In this document: piece by piece, positions 43,250-52,298 of the stretch
How the letters are laid out: each line of letters starts with the position of its first letter
Position numbering within the stretch: position 1 is the first letter of the stretch
From: an uncultured Pseudomonadales bacterium
GTDB taxonomy: Bacteria > Pseudomonadota > Gammaproteobacteria > Pseudomonadales > Azotimanducaceae
Length of the DNA: 64,000 nt
Assembly: GCA_943788715.1 (NCBI GenBank)
Contig: CALSRI010000004.1
Location: 29,876 to 93,875 of the forward strand
Direction of reading: 5' to 3'
The notes under the pieces: model-generated
Told to the model about the DNA's origin: nothing
Seen by the model: only the letters and a program-made list of their open reading frames with translations
Databases searched by the model: none
Program-made: the position numbers and the translations under genes

Positions 43250-44293
43250 TTAGCGACCTTTGAGCTTTGCGCTCAGGTCCTTCAGTAGAACCTCTGTCTC
43301 GTCCCAATCTATGCAAGCGTCTGTTATAGACACGCCATACTCCAACCCGCCTGGATTCTTAATGCTCTGATTGCCAGGTCCTATATTACTTTCAATCATT
43401 ACACCGGTAATAGACTCATTGCCGAGCGCAATTTGATCAGCCACAGATTGTAAAACTGTTGCTTGCTGACGGTGATCTTTATTCGAATTAGCATGAGAGC
43501 AGTCCACCATTATGGATGCGGTCCCACCGATTTTTTCCAGAGCACTTTCACATTGTGCGATATGTTCAGGTGAGTAGTTGGGGCCATCACTGCCGCCTCT
43601 GAGTACAACGTGACCATGAGGGTTGCCTTTGGTGTGAATAACACTGACTTGACCGCTTGGGCTAATACCGAGGAAACGGTGGGGGCTGGCTACAGATTGT
43701 AGGGCGTTAACAGCAACATCTAGTGATCCATCAGTGCCGTTTTTAAATCCCACCGCACAGCTTAAACCCGACGCCATTTCTCTATGGGTTTGCGATTCAG
43801 TAGTTCTCGCGCCAATTGCAGACCAAGAAATAAGATCTTGCACATATTGCGGGGTAATTGGGTCTAGTGCTTCAGTGGCAAGCGGCAAACCAATCTCTGT
43901 TAGATCTAGCAAAAGTTTGCGCGCAATACTCAAACCCTCTGCAACTTTGAAACTATCGTCCAAGTGAGGATCGTTGATTAAACCCTTCCAGCCAACTGTG
44001 CTTCGAGGTTTTTCAAAGTAAGCCCGCATTACAATAAAAAGTTCGCCACTTAGTTCTAAAGACAACGCCTTTAGTCGCTTGGCGTAATCTAGTGCCGCGC
44101 CAGTATCATGAATTGAGCATGGTCCCACCACAACAAGTAGGCGCCTGTCTTTGCGATCAACTATATTAGCTACCGTTTCACGATATTGATTTACTGTGTC
44201 TTGGATTTCTGCGGTCACAGGCAAGCTAGCCTTTAGCTGCTCGGGAGTGACAAGAATTTCCTGATCTTCAATATTTAGGTTTTCAAGTTGCAC
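43250..44293 (-). CDS. aroF: 3-deoxy-7-phosphoheptulonate (DAHP) synthase, class I alpha
   Basis: GPCSIHD, MRAYFEKPRSTVGWKG, IGARTTESQ, GFKNGTDG, DCSHANS and SITDACI. GTG start; feedback isoform (F/G/H) not assignable. Confidence 0.93.
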   Translation of the reverse strand: MQLENLNIEDQEILVTPEQLKASLPVTAEIQDTVNQYRETVANIVDRKDRRLLVVVGPCSIHDTGAALDYAKRLKALSLELSGELFIVMRAYFEKPRSTVGWKGLINDPHLDDSFKVAEGLSIARKLLLDLTEIGLPLATEALDPITPQYVQDLISWSAIGARTTESQTHREMASGLSCAVGFKNGTDGSLDVAVNALQSVASPHRFLGISPSGQVSVIHTKGNPHGHVVLRGGSDGPNYSPEHIAQCESALEKIGGTASIMVDCSHANSNKDHRQQATVLQSVADQIALGNESITGVMIESNIGPGNQSIKNPGGLEYGVSITDACIDWDETEVLLKDLSAKLKGR

Positions 44294-44519
44294 GATATAT
44301 CCTTATTCTTCTTGCGTTCTTTTCGGCCTTTGACGTTTTACATTAGCACTGCTCTGTTTAAAGCAAGGGCATTTGTTAACTCTTCTTGCTGCCCGAAATA
44401 TTGGGTAGGAGGTGAGTGTTCGAGTCCAAGCCGAAAACGCCTGAGGCCGCGGATGGTAAAGCTTTGTATCGGAATTGCAATGCTATGCTATGGACCTGGG
44501 GGTCTAGAGACTTACTTTG

Positions 44520-47500
44520 CTAGAGTTTTTCCAGACGACCTATTCCGGTAAAGAACAGTGCCGTTTCTACGGGTAGGTAATTGCCATAAAGCGCAGTTAC
44601 TGCTGTTTTGTAATCGTTTAATTGGCCGCTGTAACGTTGACACTCAGTTGCAAGGAATGTCTCTAAGTTTTCGTCTGGGTTTGGTGTAGCCGATTTATAA
44701 TCAATAATCCAGATGCATCCATCAACTTCGAAGCACCTGTCTAAGATTAGGTGCCTTAGAGATTTGCCAATGATCCCTGTTAACGGCCACTCGCAGTAGG
44801 ATCTTTGGTGTGGGCTTAAGATCCAACGACCTGTTTCGCTAAGTAGAGTTGTTTGAATGTGCTGGAGTGCTTGGGCCTCTAAATTAGAGTGATAACTGAT
44901 ATCTGTGCCAGATTGTTCAATCCATTTAGGTAGTCGAGTTTTTATCTTATTTAGGGCTGTTTCGTGGCCTTGCTCGATAGCATGGGTATCGCCCAACCAC
45001 GCAAGTGCTTTGTGAACGAGGTTGCCTAGCGCAAGTTCGAAAGGATTAGACGGCGGGTTTTCCTCTTCTGTCGGCGCACTATCAAGACCGTCCTCTTTAG
45101 ACTCAGTGTTAGTGGCAACTATGGCTGCTTGAAAGTCTCGAGGCAAATAAGTTAGACGTTGCGCTGGATCTAGTGCATCTGCTCCAGATAAAACTTCTGG
45201 CCCTGAGGTGAGTGAGGGGGGGAGAGCAACAGCGGGTACATCCGTACTTGCTTCCGCATATCCGTCTAGGTGTGCTGCAAGACCAGTTGGCGGTTTATCC
45301 ACCTCTTTGCGAAAACTCACAAAAAGCCCGGCTTTTGCGCGAGTACACGCTACATAAAGCAAACGTTTCCTCTCATTCTCTGACCTAATCTTCTCTTCGT
45401 ATTTTAACCAGCTATGTATGACATCACCGTTTACGCCAACCAGCAATCCATCAGTACTCGGCTGCCAAAGCATTAAAGACGTGCTATCTGGCGGCATTTT
45501 TTTACCTAGAAAAGGTAGAAATACATGATCGAATTCTAGTCCCTTGGACTTATGCACTGTCATAATTTGCACTTGCGCAGATTGTACTGGTTCTGCATAA
45601 AGCTGATCTACAGCGGCCCGCACCTGTTCAAAGTCATAACCATTCAGACCTTGAGCCTCGAGCAGTTCAAACCATCTCATTGCATGGGTAATATGTTCTT
45701 TATTGTAGGCATCCATACCACCCAGCCGAATCCAACAACCCTCAATAACTTCGCACAGTGGGTACTCGTATAGCTTGGGCCGGGCCCAATTTAGCGCATG
45801 GTTTAGTCGCGCTAACTCTGGGTGAGAATCTGCAAATTGGGCGAGTGTTTCGCTGAAATTTTCTGTGTCAGTAAAGGACTCTAAGGTTTCTAGTAGTGTA
45901 CCAACCATTGGGCTACGCATTAGAGCGAACCAAGGTAATCGATCACTAGGCCTCAGTAATACCGAGTGAAGTGATAGTAAATCTTGGATAATGGGCTCGT
46001 CTGCCAATGGGTCAATGTCTGTTCCCTGACTATTTATGTTGGCGCTTTGCAAGGCTTGTAGAAGATCAGGTAAGTGGCTTCTTGCCCGGCATAAAATGCC
46101 AATGCTAGATTCGTTGTCCTGGGCGATGAGATTTTCAATTTGCGTGACAATGGCGTTTATTTCCAGTGCCTCGTCTTCGTAGTGCTTGCAGGATAGCCGC
46201 GTTCCAAGTGCATCTTCTTTTACAGGTGTTGCTGCTGAAAATTTCACAGCGCCTAGTCGACTTGCACCTTCCGCTGGCAGCAATTCATTAAATAATTCGT
46301 TATTCCAGTGCACCAAGGATTTGCCTGAGCGGAAGTTTGCTGTGAGATTTAGCGGAGCTAGTGGAATGCTACCAATGCCATATTCCCGGCATTGATCAAA
46401 GATTGAAACGTCGGCATCGCGGAATCGGTAGATTGATTGCATAGGGTCGCCCACAGCAAAAAACGTGTTGCCATCGTCTTCTAGCCATCCTTCAGTGAGC
46501 AAGCTGAAAAATCTATATTGGCTGTGAGATGTATCTTGGAATTCGTCGATAAGCATATGCTTTATTCGATAATCCCAGTGCAATGCTAGGTCTGTGGGTT
46601 CGTCGCCATCTCTGAGTCCGCTGACGGCGCGCATTAATATGCCGTTAAAATCTATGACCCGCTGCCGCTGAAATATTTTTTCTAACTCTATAGCGGCTAA
46701 AGATAAACAAATACTCACGACTAATATGCGCTGTTGGTCTGTTGTAGAAATCTCGAGCGATGGTAGTTGCCGGTAGTTTGCTAGGACTGGGCCAAGGCCT
46801 CTCTCATCAAGCTCGGTTATCCACTGCGCTACCAATGTTTTAAATTCTTTATCTAAAAAGGCCTCATGTTCTCTTTTAGTCAAACGGCTTCGAAGTTTGA
46901 AATCTTTGGTAAGCAGTAATGGCAGTATTGCCGGCCATTCAGGCTCTAGCCCAGTGTGGTCTGCAATAGTGACCAGCATGGCCTCATCATTGGCAGCGAC
47001 AGCGTTGTGGAGTGGTTCGAGGATATTGCTGTGGAGTTCTTCTAGTGCAGTATTTACGTACTCTGCAATTTGGGCGAAGTTTTCACCAGCTTGCTGACTC
47101 AATTGAGAAGTTAAGTCTAACCATTGGTCGCGTTTAGTCAGCATTGCCACCAATAATCTCTGGGCCGTCGCCGCATTGTTTTCCAACATAGCCAAAAAGT
47201 CGGCAACATATTCCTTGGTGGGATTATTTGAATATAGCTGCCCCAATAGCGCTTGAGCTGCTGCTTCGTAGAGGGGGTTAGCATGAGCGGTAATGGTCAT
47301 GCCGCTGACGCTATGTAACCCTGGTATTTGCGTTGCTAGTTCGTTTGCAAAACTGTCTATGGTTTGAATTTTAAGGCGGCTGGGGTTGTAGCGAATTTTC
47401 CAGCCCATTTCATGGTCGCGACGGGACACTCTTTGGGCAAGATCAGAATCTTCATTCAATGTTGCGAGGATGCGAGCCTTCATCTCTGCGGCAGCCGCTT

Positions 47501-47681
47501 TAGTGAAAGTGATGGCGAGTATTTCTTCAGGGCGCTGTACGATCAATAACAGATTCAGGTACCGCTCTACCAGCAGAGTGGTTTTTCCGGAGCCGGCAGG
47601 TGCCTGAACAATGTATGAGCCCGCCACATTGAGGGCCAGATCGCGCTGATCTTGGTCTGGGGGCGTTATTCTAGCGGTCAT
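44520..47681 (-). CDS. addA: AddA-type SF1 helicase-nuclease
   Basis: QAPAGSGKT, ITFTKAAA.EM, IDEFQDTS, VGDPMQSIYRFR, MTVHKSKGLEF, LLYVACTRA and C-terminal LDR...IIDYKS nuclease. Confidence 0.88.
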   Translation of the reverse strand: MTARITPPDQDQRDLALNVAGSYIVQAPAGSGKTTLLVERYLNLLLIVQRPEEILAITFTKAAAAEMKARILATLNEDSDLAQRVSRRDHEMGWKIRYNPSRLKIQTIDSFANELATQIPGLHSVSGMTITAHANPLYEAAAQALLGQLYSNNPTKEYVADFLAMLENNAATAQRLLVAMLTKRDQWLDLTSQLSQQAGENFAQIAEYVNTALEELHSNILEPLHNAVAANDEAMLVTIADHTGLEPEWPAILPLLLTKDFKLRSRLTKREHEAFLDKEFKTLVAQWITELDERGLGPVLANYRQLPSLEISTTDQQRILVVSICLSLAAIELEKIFQRQRVIDFNGILMRAVSGLRDGDEPTDLALHWDYRIKHMLIDEFQDTSHSQYRFFSLLTEGWLEDDGNTFFAVGDPMQSIYRFRDADVSIFDQCREYGIGSIPLAPLNLTANFRSGKSLVHWNNELFNELLPAEGASRLGAVKFSAATPVKEDALGTRLSCKHYEDEALEINAIVTQIENLIAQDNESSIGILCRARSHLPDLLQALQSANINSQGTDIDPLADEPIIQDLLSLHSVLLRPSDRLPWFALMRSPMVGTLLETLESFTDTENFSETLAQFADSHPELARLNHALNWARPKLYEYPLCEVIEGCWIRLGGMDAYNKEHITHAMRWFELLEAQGLNGYDFEQVRAAVDQLYAEPVQSAQVQIMTVHKSKGLEFDHVFLPFLGKKMPPDSTSLMLWQPSTDGLLVGVNGDVIHSWLKYEEKIRSENERKRLLYVACTRAKAGLFVSFRKEVDKPPTGLAAHLDGYAEASTDVPAVALPPSLTSGPEVLSGADALDPAQRLTYLPRDFQAAIVATNTESKEDGLDSAPTEEENPPSNPFELALGNLVHKALAWLGDTHAIEQGHETALNKIKTRLPKWIEQSGTDISYHSNLEAQALQHIQTTLLSETGRWILSPHQRSYCEWPLTGIIGKSLRHLILDRCFEVDGCIWIIDYKSATPNPDENLETFLATECQRYSGQLNDYKTAVTALYGNYLPVETALFFTGIGRLEKL

Positions 47682-50310
47682 TGATTCTACACAAGCTGGT
47701 CAAGTGGCAGTACTTACAGGCATCTTTGGTGGGCGTTACGCTGGCTTCGCCTGCTGCTATGGCTTGAGCTAATTCAGTGAGTTCAAGTTTCCAACTGCTT
47801 ACTTTATCGGCCCAGTGTAATTGGCTTTCTGTGTTGTTAAGATTTTTGCCGTCTGGGTTTTTGATGGTAAAGCCTTTGGTAGGTGAATCTACCAAATTAC
47901 CTGACGGAGCGGCGATACCGTCAACGCGCACTTCCTGATTCTTAATTGAGGCAAAGTAAACGCCAGCTACTTTATCTGAGAGCAGTGCATAGGCAGGTAG
48001 TTGAGGGTCTATGACAGGTTCGGAAAGGGCGCCTGCGACAGAGTTTTTACTGCTCTTGTAGTCGATGATTACATCCTGACCATTGATCTCGTCAATACGA
48101 TCAACTTTTAGCGCCAGTGTTAAACCTGCTAAGTCTAGTTCAAATTTTTCTTCAACACCTGAAACCTTAAAGGGTCGGCGCTGTGCCTCGATTTCTAACC
48201 ATTGCTGCACAAGGTCTGCAATACGCAGTACTTCGTTTTCAATAAAGGGCGTGGGTAAACCGCGATGTTTTTTCAATACAAGGCGACATTGTTTTTCTAT
48301 TTCAACAGGGTTGATTTGCAGCATGGCTTCACTGTCAGAATAAATGCGCATGAGGTTTTCTAGTACCTTATGCAGTGAATTGCCTCTATCAATGGCGTCG
48401 AGAAAGTCTTTTGCTTCCCGTGGTTGTCTAAGCCCCAGCCTCGCTGTGGCATAAGCTTTGAATGGGCAGCTCGCCTGTTGTTCTAATATCCCTGTGCCGC
48501 CTTTGATGTATGTCTCGTTTAACGCAGTGCCGTTGCCGTCTTCGCAATGCTCTAAATTTGCGCCCTGACTGACCATCAACGGATGGCGTAGAGAATAATC
48601 CGGCGACTCAGTAGCAGCGGGCTGCATGTCACCTCCTGAAGTTTGCGATTGGCTGTGATTACGGTCTATCGCGTCTAAGATCAGTTGGCTGGGTAGTTGT
48701 ACCGTCTCGTTTTCAATCTGAGTATAGCTAAAGTGTAGTTCTGCCCCGCAAGTTAGCCAGTGGCCTAGCGTGCGTTGGGCAAACTCCAGCTCCTGGTCTT
48801 GGTTGCATCTGGGTAGTCCAAACTCTTCAGCTATCGAGCGTGGAATAAAGGGATTTAGTTGCGATGTGCTCGGAAAATTAGCCGCACTCATGCCGCAAAC
48901 CCACAGGTGAGAAAAGCTCAACCCGGTGGTTTCCAAAAGACCTAATACTTGAATTGGGGAAGCTTGGCGTTGCGGCGCAAAAGGTTTGGCGTCGAGGTTA
49001 AACTCAATAAAGTCTAGGGCTTGGCGCAGCGAAATTTGCTTGCTGTGTTGAACGTTTGCCAAGTTATCCAGCTGGGTAAAGATGCTCTGAGCGGCCTGAT
49101 ATTGAATAGAGTTGATATTGTTTAACTTTGGCCAGTCCGCTGTTTTTAACAAATCTCGTATGTGCAATATCCAGTCGCGGATATTTGCCGTGTTGGGTAA
49201 CTGCTGTACGAGGTCGATTAGATTGCTCGCTGCTTGAGCACCTTCATCTAGATCTTTCTTTAGACGTTGTAGCAAAATATTTCTGCGCAGAAAATTTGGC
49301 CAATTTGCATTAAGGGTTCTGCACCAAGGCAGCTCTAAAAACGGTGAGTCCGCCAGCTTGGCAATAATATTTGGTTCTGCTGCCTCGTGGCACCAATTCA
49401 ATAATGTCCGTGCGTGCATCCATACTGGTTGGGCAGATAGACTGGTGCCCCCTGACATATCGAATTTAGGGATGGCACTTCCAGATTCTGGGTTCAGAGT
49501 GACGGCAAACTGCCTTTGTACCATTGCGTAGTCCTGCACCAAGCTGGGAATAACCACGCCGATGCGGCTGTCTGGGGCTTCTCTTTGTATACGTTTACTC
49601 CAAAGCGCAGCTGCGGCCAGCTCATGGGCAAAGTTATCGAACCCAAGCAATTGCGTAGTTAGGGCAGGTGGCTGAGAAGGAGCGTTTGCCAATTCCTCAG
49701 GAGTAAACGCTGTAATCTGATCGTCTGTGCTCAGACAATGTACCCCGTGCTTGGTGTTAACGTTCTCAAGAAAGCGCAATTCTCCCGGCGTAAGGTGCTC
49801 GACAGCAATCAGGAGAACGGGTTTGTTGATAGATACCTTTTGCGTACTCAGTATTTGGGCGATATCGGCCTCAGCCACTTCATTTTGCTTAATCTGCCGA
49901 TTTACACGATTCGCCCAGCTGGTGAACAGTTGTGAGCGACCAGAGTTCATAGCCATATGATTCAGGTCAATGTTGTAGCGGCGAACTAATTCCCAAGCTT
50001 GTAGGGCGGTTGGTGTCAGGTGCTCTGCGTCTTCTGGCGCAGTGGTTTGAAGGCGGAGCATTAAGTTTGCCGTTGAGATTATATTTTTGCCGTTATCTTC
50101 GAGATCTTGTTGCTCATTGAACTGTCGGTTGAGCAACTGCCTCAGGCTGGTGCAGTCAAGGGTTGTCCAAGCCTGTTTGCCGCTATTGGCTTGTGCCAAG
50201 TCATAGGCGCTGCGGTACTCTCGAGCCAATCGCTCGTTTGGCGTGACAACGAGATATTGTTCCAACGTGTTAAGTAAACTAGAGCTAATGTGGACGAATG
50301 TACTAGGCAT
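47671..50310 (-). CDS. addB: AddB-type PD-(D/E)XK nuclease with Fe-S staple
   Basis: Degenerate helicase-like N-terminus (VVTPNERLAR); C-terminal SCPF...RG..LH..LE, KVDRID, IIDYKS, QLPAY and CKYC....LC; overlaps the addA start by 11 bp. Confidence 0.83.
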   Translation of the reverse strand: MPSTFVHISSSLLNTLEQYLVVTPNERLAREYRSAYDLAQANSGKQAWTTLDCTSLRQLLNRQFNEQQDLEDNGKNIISTANLMLRLQTTAPEDAEHLTPTALQAWELVRRYNIDLNHMAMNSGRSQLFTSWANRVNRQIKQNEVAEADIAQILSTQKVSINKPVLLIAVEHLTPGELRFLENVNTKHGVHCLSTDDQITAFTPEELANAPSQPPALTTQLLGFDNFAHELAAAALWSKRIQREAPDSRIGVVIPSLVQDYAMVQRQFAVTLNPESGSAIPKFDMSGGTSLSAQPVWMHARTLLNWCHEAAEPNIIAKLADSPFLELPWCRTLNANWPNFLRRNILLQRLKKDLDEGAQAASNLIDLVQQLPNTANIRDWILHIRDLLKTADWPKLNNINSIQYQAAQSIFTQLDNLANVQHSKQISLRQALDFIEFNLDAKPFAPQRQASPIQVLGLLETTGLSFSHLWVCGMSAANFPSTSQLNPFIPRSIAEEFGLPRCNQDQELEFAQRTLGHWLTCGAELHFSYTQIENETVQLPSQLILDAIDRNHSQSQTSGGDMQPAATESPDYSLRHPLMVSQGANLEHCEDGNGTALNETYIKGGTGILEQQASCPFKAYATARLGLRQPREAKDFLDAIDRGNSLHKVLENLMRIYSDSEAMLQINPVEIEKQCRLVLKKHRGLPTPFIENEVLRIADLVQQWLEIEAQRRPFKVSGVEEKFELDLAGLTLALKVDRIDEINGQDVIIDYKSSKNSVAGALSEPVIDPQLPAYALLSDKVAGVYFASIKNQEVRVDGIAAPSGNLVDSPTKGFTIKNPDGKNLNNTESQLHWADKVSSWKLELTELAQAIAAGEASVTPTKDACKYCHLTSLCRINDR

Positions 50311-50444
50311 AGCAGAAGTTTAACCTAAGTCGCATAGTTTTCGTGTACCCGTAGAGCATTAGCTTCCTAGCGAAAAAGTAAGTGCAAAAGTAAAGGTAAA
50401 AGAAAGACTAAAGGGGGCTATTTCCGCCACCGTTCGCGCCCTAG

Positions 50445-50627
50445 TTAGATTCGCTTGTCGGTTTGATTGCTAAATGACTGAAGATTATCCAAAAGGCGCT
50501 TAAGGTATTTGCCATAGAGAAAGCTCAATGCATTGAGCGCAATGGTTTGAGTAGCGGTGGGTACTTTACGGGTACAAGCAAGGTAGGAGGGTGGCACTAA
50601 ATATTGGTGGCTGTTTTGTTCTGTCAC
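50445..50627 (-). pseudogene. intI: integron integrase N-terminal fragment
   Basis: SYLACTRKVPTATQTIALNALSFLYGKYL aligns without gaps to IntI1 [29 protein letters not shown] as I recall it (16/29 identical). The frame stops where the LPVVL/catalytic domain should begin; homology starts near 50588. Confidence 0.75.
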
Positions 50628-50659
50628 GGCATATCGTTTTTGCGCAGGCTGAAACGTGA

Positions 50660-50971
50660 ATGATTGGTTTAATCAAATCTGCTTTGCAAAAGCCGAAATT
50701 AACCAGAAGCCGAGAAAAAGCGATGGAAGCAAGAAAAGCCGACCTAGTTAACCTAAAACTAGATGCAAAAGCTTATTTGGCATCTTATGTGTTTGGAGAG
50801 GTGACCACTCAATACTTTCTTATGGAAAATGACATTCAAGGCATCTTTGAAGCGCGAGATATTCTGTATCGTGCAAGTAACATGGGCGATATGGTTAGAG
50901 GGTGGGCAGACCATATTCATTTATGTATGTATGGACGCGAGAACACCTACAAAGCAACCCTGAATTACTAG
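50660..50971 (+). CDS. hypothetical cassette protein 1 (probably truncated)
   Basis: 103-aa ORF with no recognised motif, lying just before an attC; the next in-frame stop (51014-51016) abuts the attC. Confidence 0.5.
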   Translation: MIGLIKSALQKPKLTRSREKAMEARKADLVNLKLDAKAYLASYVFGEVTTQYFLMENDIQGIFEARDILYRASNMGDMVRGWADHIHLCMYGRENTYKATLNY

Positions 50972-51016
50972 AAGGTTTTACCCCTAACATGCGAAAACAT
51001 AAGCGGTGAAAAGTAA

Positions 51017-51086
51017 ACTTAACAAGCGGGTCGTGCGGGGCCGCGTTCCGCTTCGCTCCACTGGCCACATACTCTAAGAGTTAGGT
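51017..51086 (+). other. attC recombination site (70 bp, partly degenerate)
   Basis: R'' ACTTAAC, 5-bp spacer, L'' GGTCGTGC, central GGCC...CCGCTTCGCTCCAC...GGCC, L' ACATACT, 6-bp spacer, R' GTTAGGT. Confidence 0.75.
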
Positions 51087-51110
51087 GCTAAGGAACAGTA
51101 ACGGAAATAT

Positions 51111-51632
51111 ATGGAAAGTTTAGACGCACTATACAATCTGTCTGAAGTCGCAATCACACTTGCGGGGTTCATTGCGGTTGCTACAGCATTACGAGCACGC
51201 AGTGAAACAGCTGCAAGCGCCACCAAAGTCAGAGTGGTGAACCTGTTGTTGTCTAGCTTCGGGATTTTGCTGTTGTCTCAGGCAGCTATCGCACTTATTC
51301 ATGCTGGAGTGCCAAAACATCTAGTTTGGCAAATGTCCTCCACATTCTGGATCGCAATTACGGTTTTAGCCTCTGCCTATAACCTGAAAAATCAAACGGT
51401 CTTGGTCGAAGCCGGCATGGAATTGCCCCGACACCTAAACCTCATTCAGTGGTCAGCATTACTCTTAGTCTTAGTGTTGCAGATCGTAAATATTCTATTG
51501 TTAAAGGCGTTCTGGCCGTTTTTAATCGCGATCATCCTAATACTAGTTATCGCTGGCGTAAGTTTCACAATTATTGTTTTGCAGTTCCTAAAAGAACCGA
51601 GTAGATCGGCTGACCCCACAACAAAAGAGTGA
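51111..51632 (+). CDS. hypothetical polytopic membrane protein, cassette 2
   Basis: 173 aa with about 5 hydrophobic segments, starting 24 bp after the attC R' site; N-terminal L.EVAITLAGF pattern seen in uncharacterised membrane proteins. Confidence 0.8.
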   Translation: MESLDALYNLSEVAITLAGFIAVATALRARSETAASATKVRVVNLLLSSFGILLLSQAAIALIHAGVPKHLVWQMSSTFWIAITVLASAYNLKNQTVLVEAGMELPRHLNLIQWSALLLVLVLQIVNILLLKAFWPFLIAIILILVIAGVSFTIIVLQFLKEPSRSADPTTKE

Positions 51633-51733
51633 TGAAAAAGACTTCATTGCAGGCGCGTTTAACGTGCAGTTGCAGCGGTTGTGTCTGCGGCCGCCTCTTT
51701 TGATGGTGCTGTGCCTCGCTGTCTGAAATATCC

Positions 51734-51814
51734 CACTCAAATAGGTTGCCGTTGTCACTGCCTTTTGCCGCTGGTTTACGCTTCAGCGGCACTCGACCTC
51801 AAAGCAAGTTAGTG
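51734..51814 (+). other. eroded attC-like site
   Basis: L''-like GCCGTTGT, internal hairpin TGCCGCTG/CAGCGGCA, L'-like TCAAAGC and R' GTTAGTG. R'' is mutated (CTCAAAT) and the right spacer is only 2 bp. Confidence 0.45.
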
Positions 51815-52174
51815 AGGCACTAGACTAAGTATTGTTTTAGCTCGGCGTGGGGCTAAGGTTAGCGAAGGTTAACGAATGCGCTTGGCCTAGAAAAAGGTCC
51901 GGCTAGACCGAGCCCAAGGCACTCACTTCGGCTGTGGTCCCAAGTACGGGTCAATGAGTTCAAGTGATACGGTTTGCCGGGGAGGAGGCGAGTAGTTAAC
52001 CGTTCAAGAACATTAGATGTACCATGTCGCGAACCTTTGTCCGTCTTTTATCGCAATGTTTTTCACATCGAAGGTATGCACTGACCTTCAGTAAAGCTAA
52101 AATAGACTTTTTTGACGCTGGGGTTTTCACAATTTCGGCTTTTCAATAGATTTTTCAAAGCGAGACTCAGAGTT

Positions 52175-52294
52175 ATGTGGCATTTGATAGAAGACTTTTT
52201 TGATCAAAATATCCTTATGAAAGCATTCATTGGTTGGGGCTGGTTATCTGTTCTAATTATGATTTTTAGCTTTGTGCAGCAGGCTGCGGCTTAG
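52175..52294 (+). CDS. possible 39-aa small membrane protein
   Basis: MWHLIEDFFDQNILMKAFIGWGWLSVLIMIFSFVQQAAA; stops 4 bp before the terB-like start; weak RBS. Confidence 0.3.
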   Translation: MWHLIEDFFDQNILMKAFIGWGWLSVLIMIFSFVQQAAA

Positions 52295-52298
52295 CACA

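Larger units (their letters stand above)
50445..51853. mobile_element. decayed chromosomal integron (intI scar plus cassette array)
   Basis: intI fragment on the - strand, divergent cassette ORFs on the + strand, attC at 51017-51086, eroded attC-like arms at 51657-51853. Confidence 0.7.

Noticed and set aside
44418-44427. tRNA T-loop-like GTTCGAGTCC in the aroF-addA spacer
   Set aside because: No T-stem, acceptor stem or anticodon arm around it.
51867-52001. GGTTAAC...GTTAACC element as a canonical attC, or as 6S, SRP, RNase P, tmRNA or group II intron domain V
   Set aside because: L boxes do not pair at attC spacing and the defining motifs of those RNAs are missing; kept only as an unidentified element.
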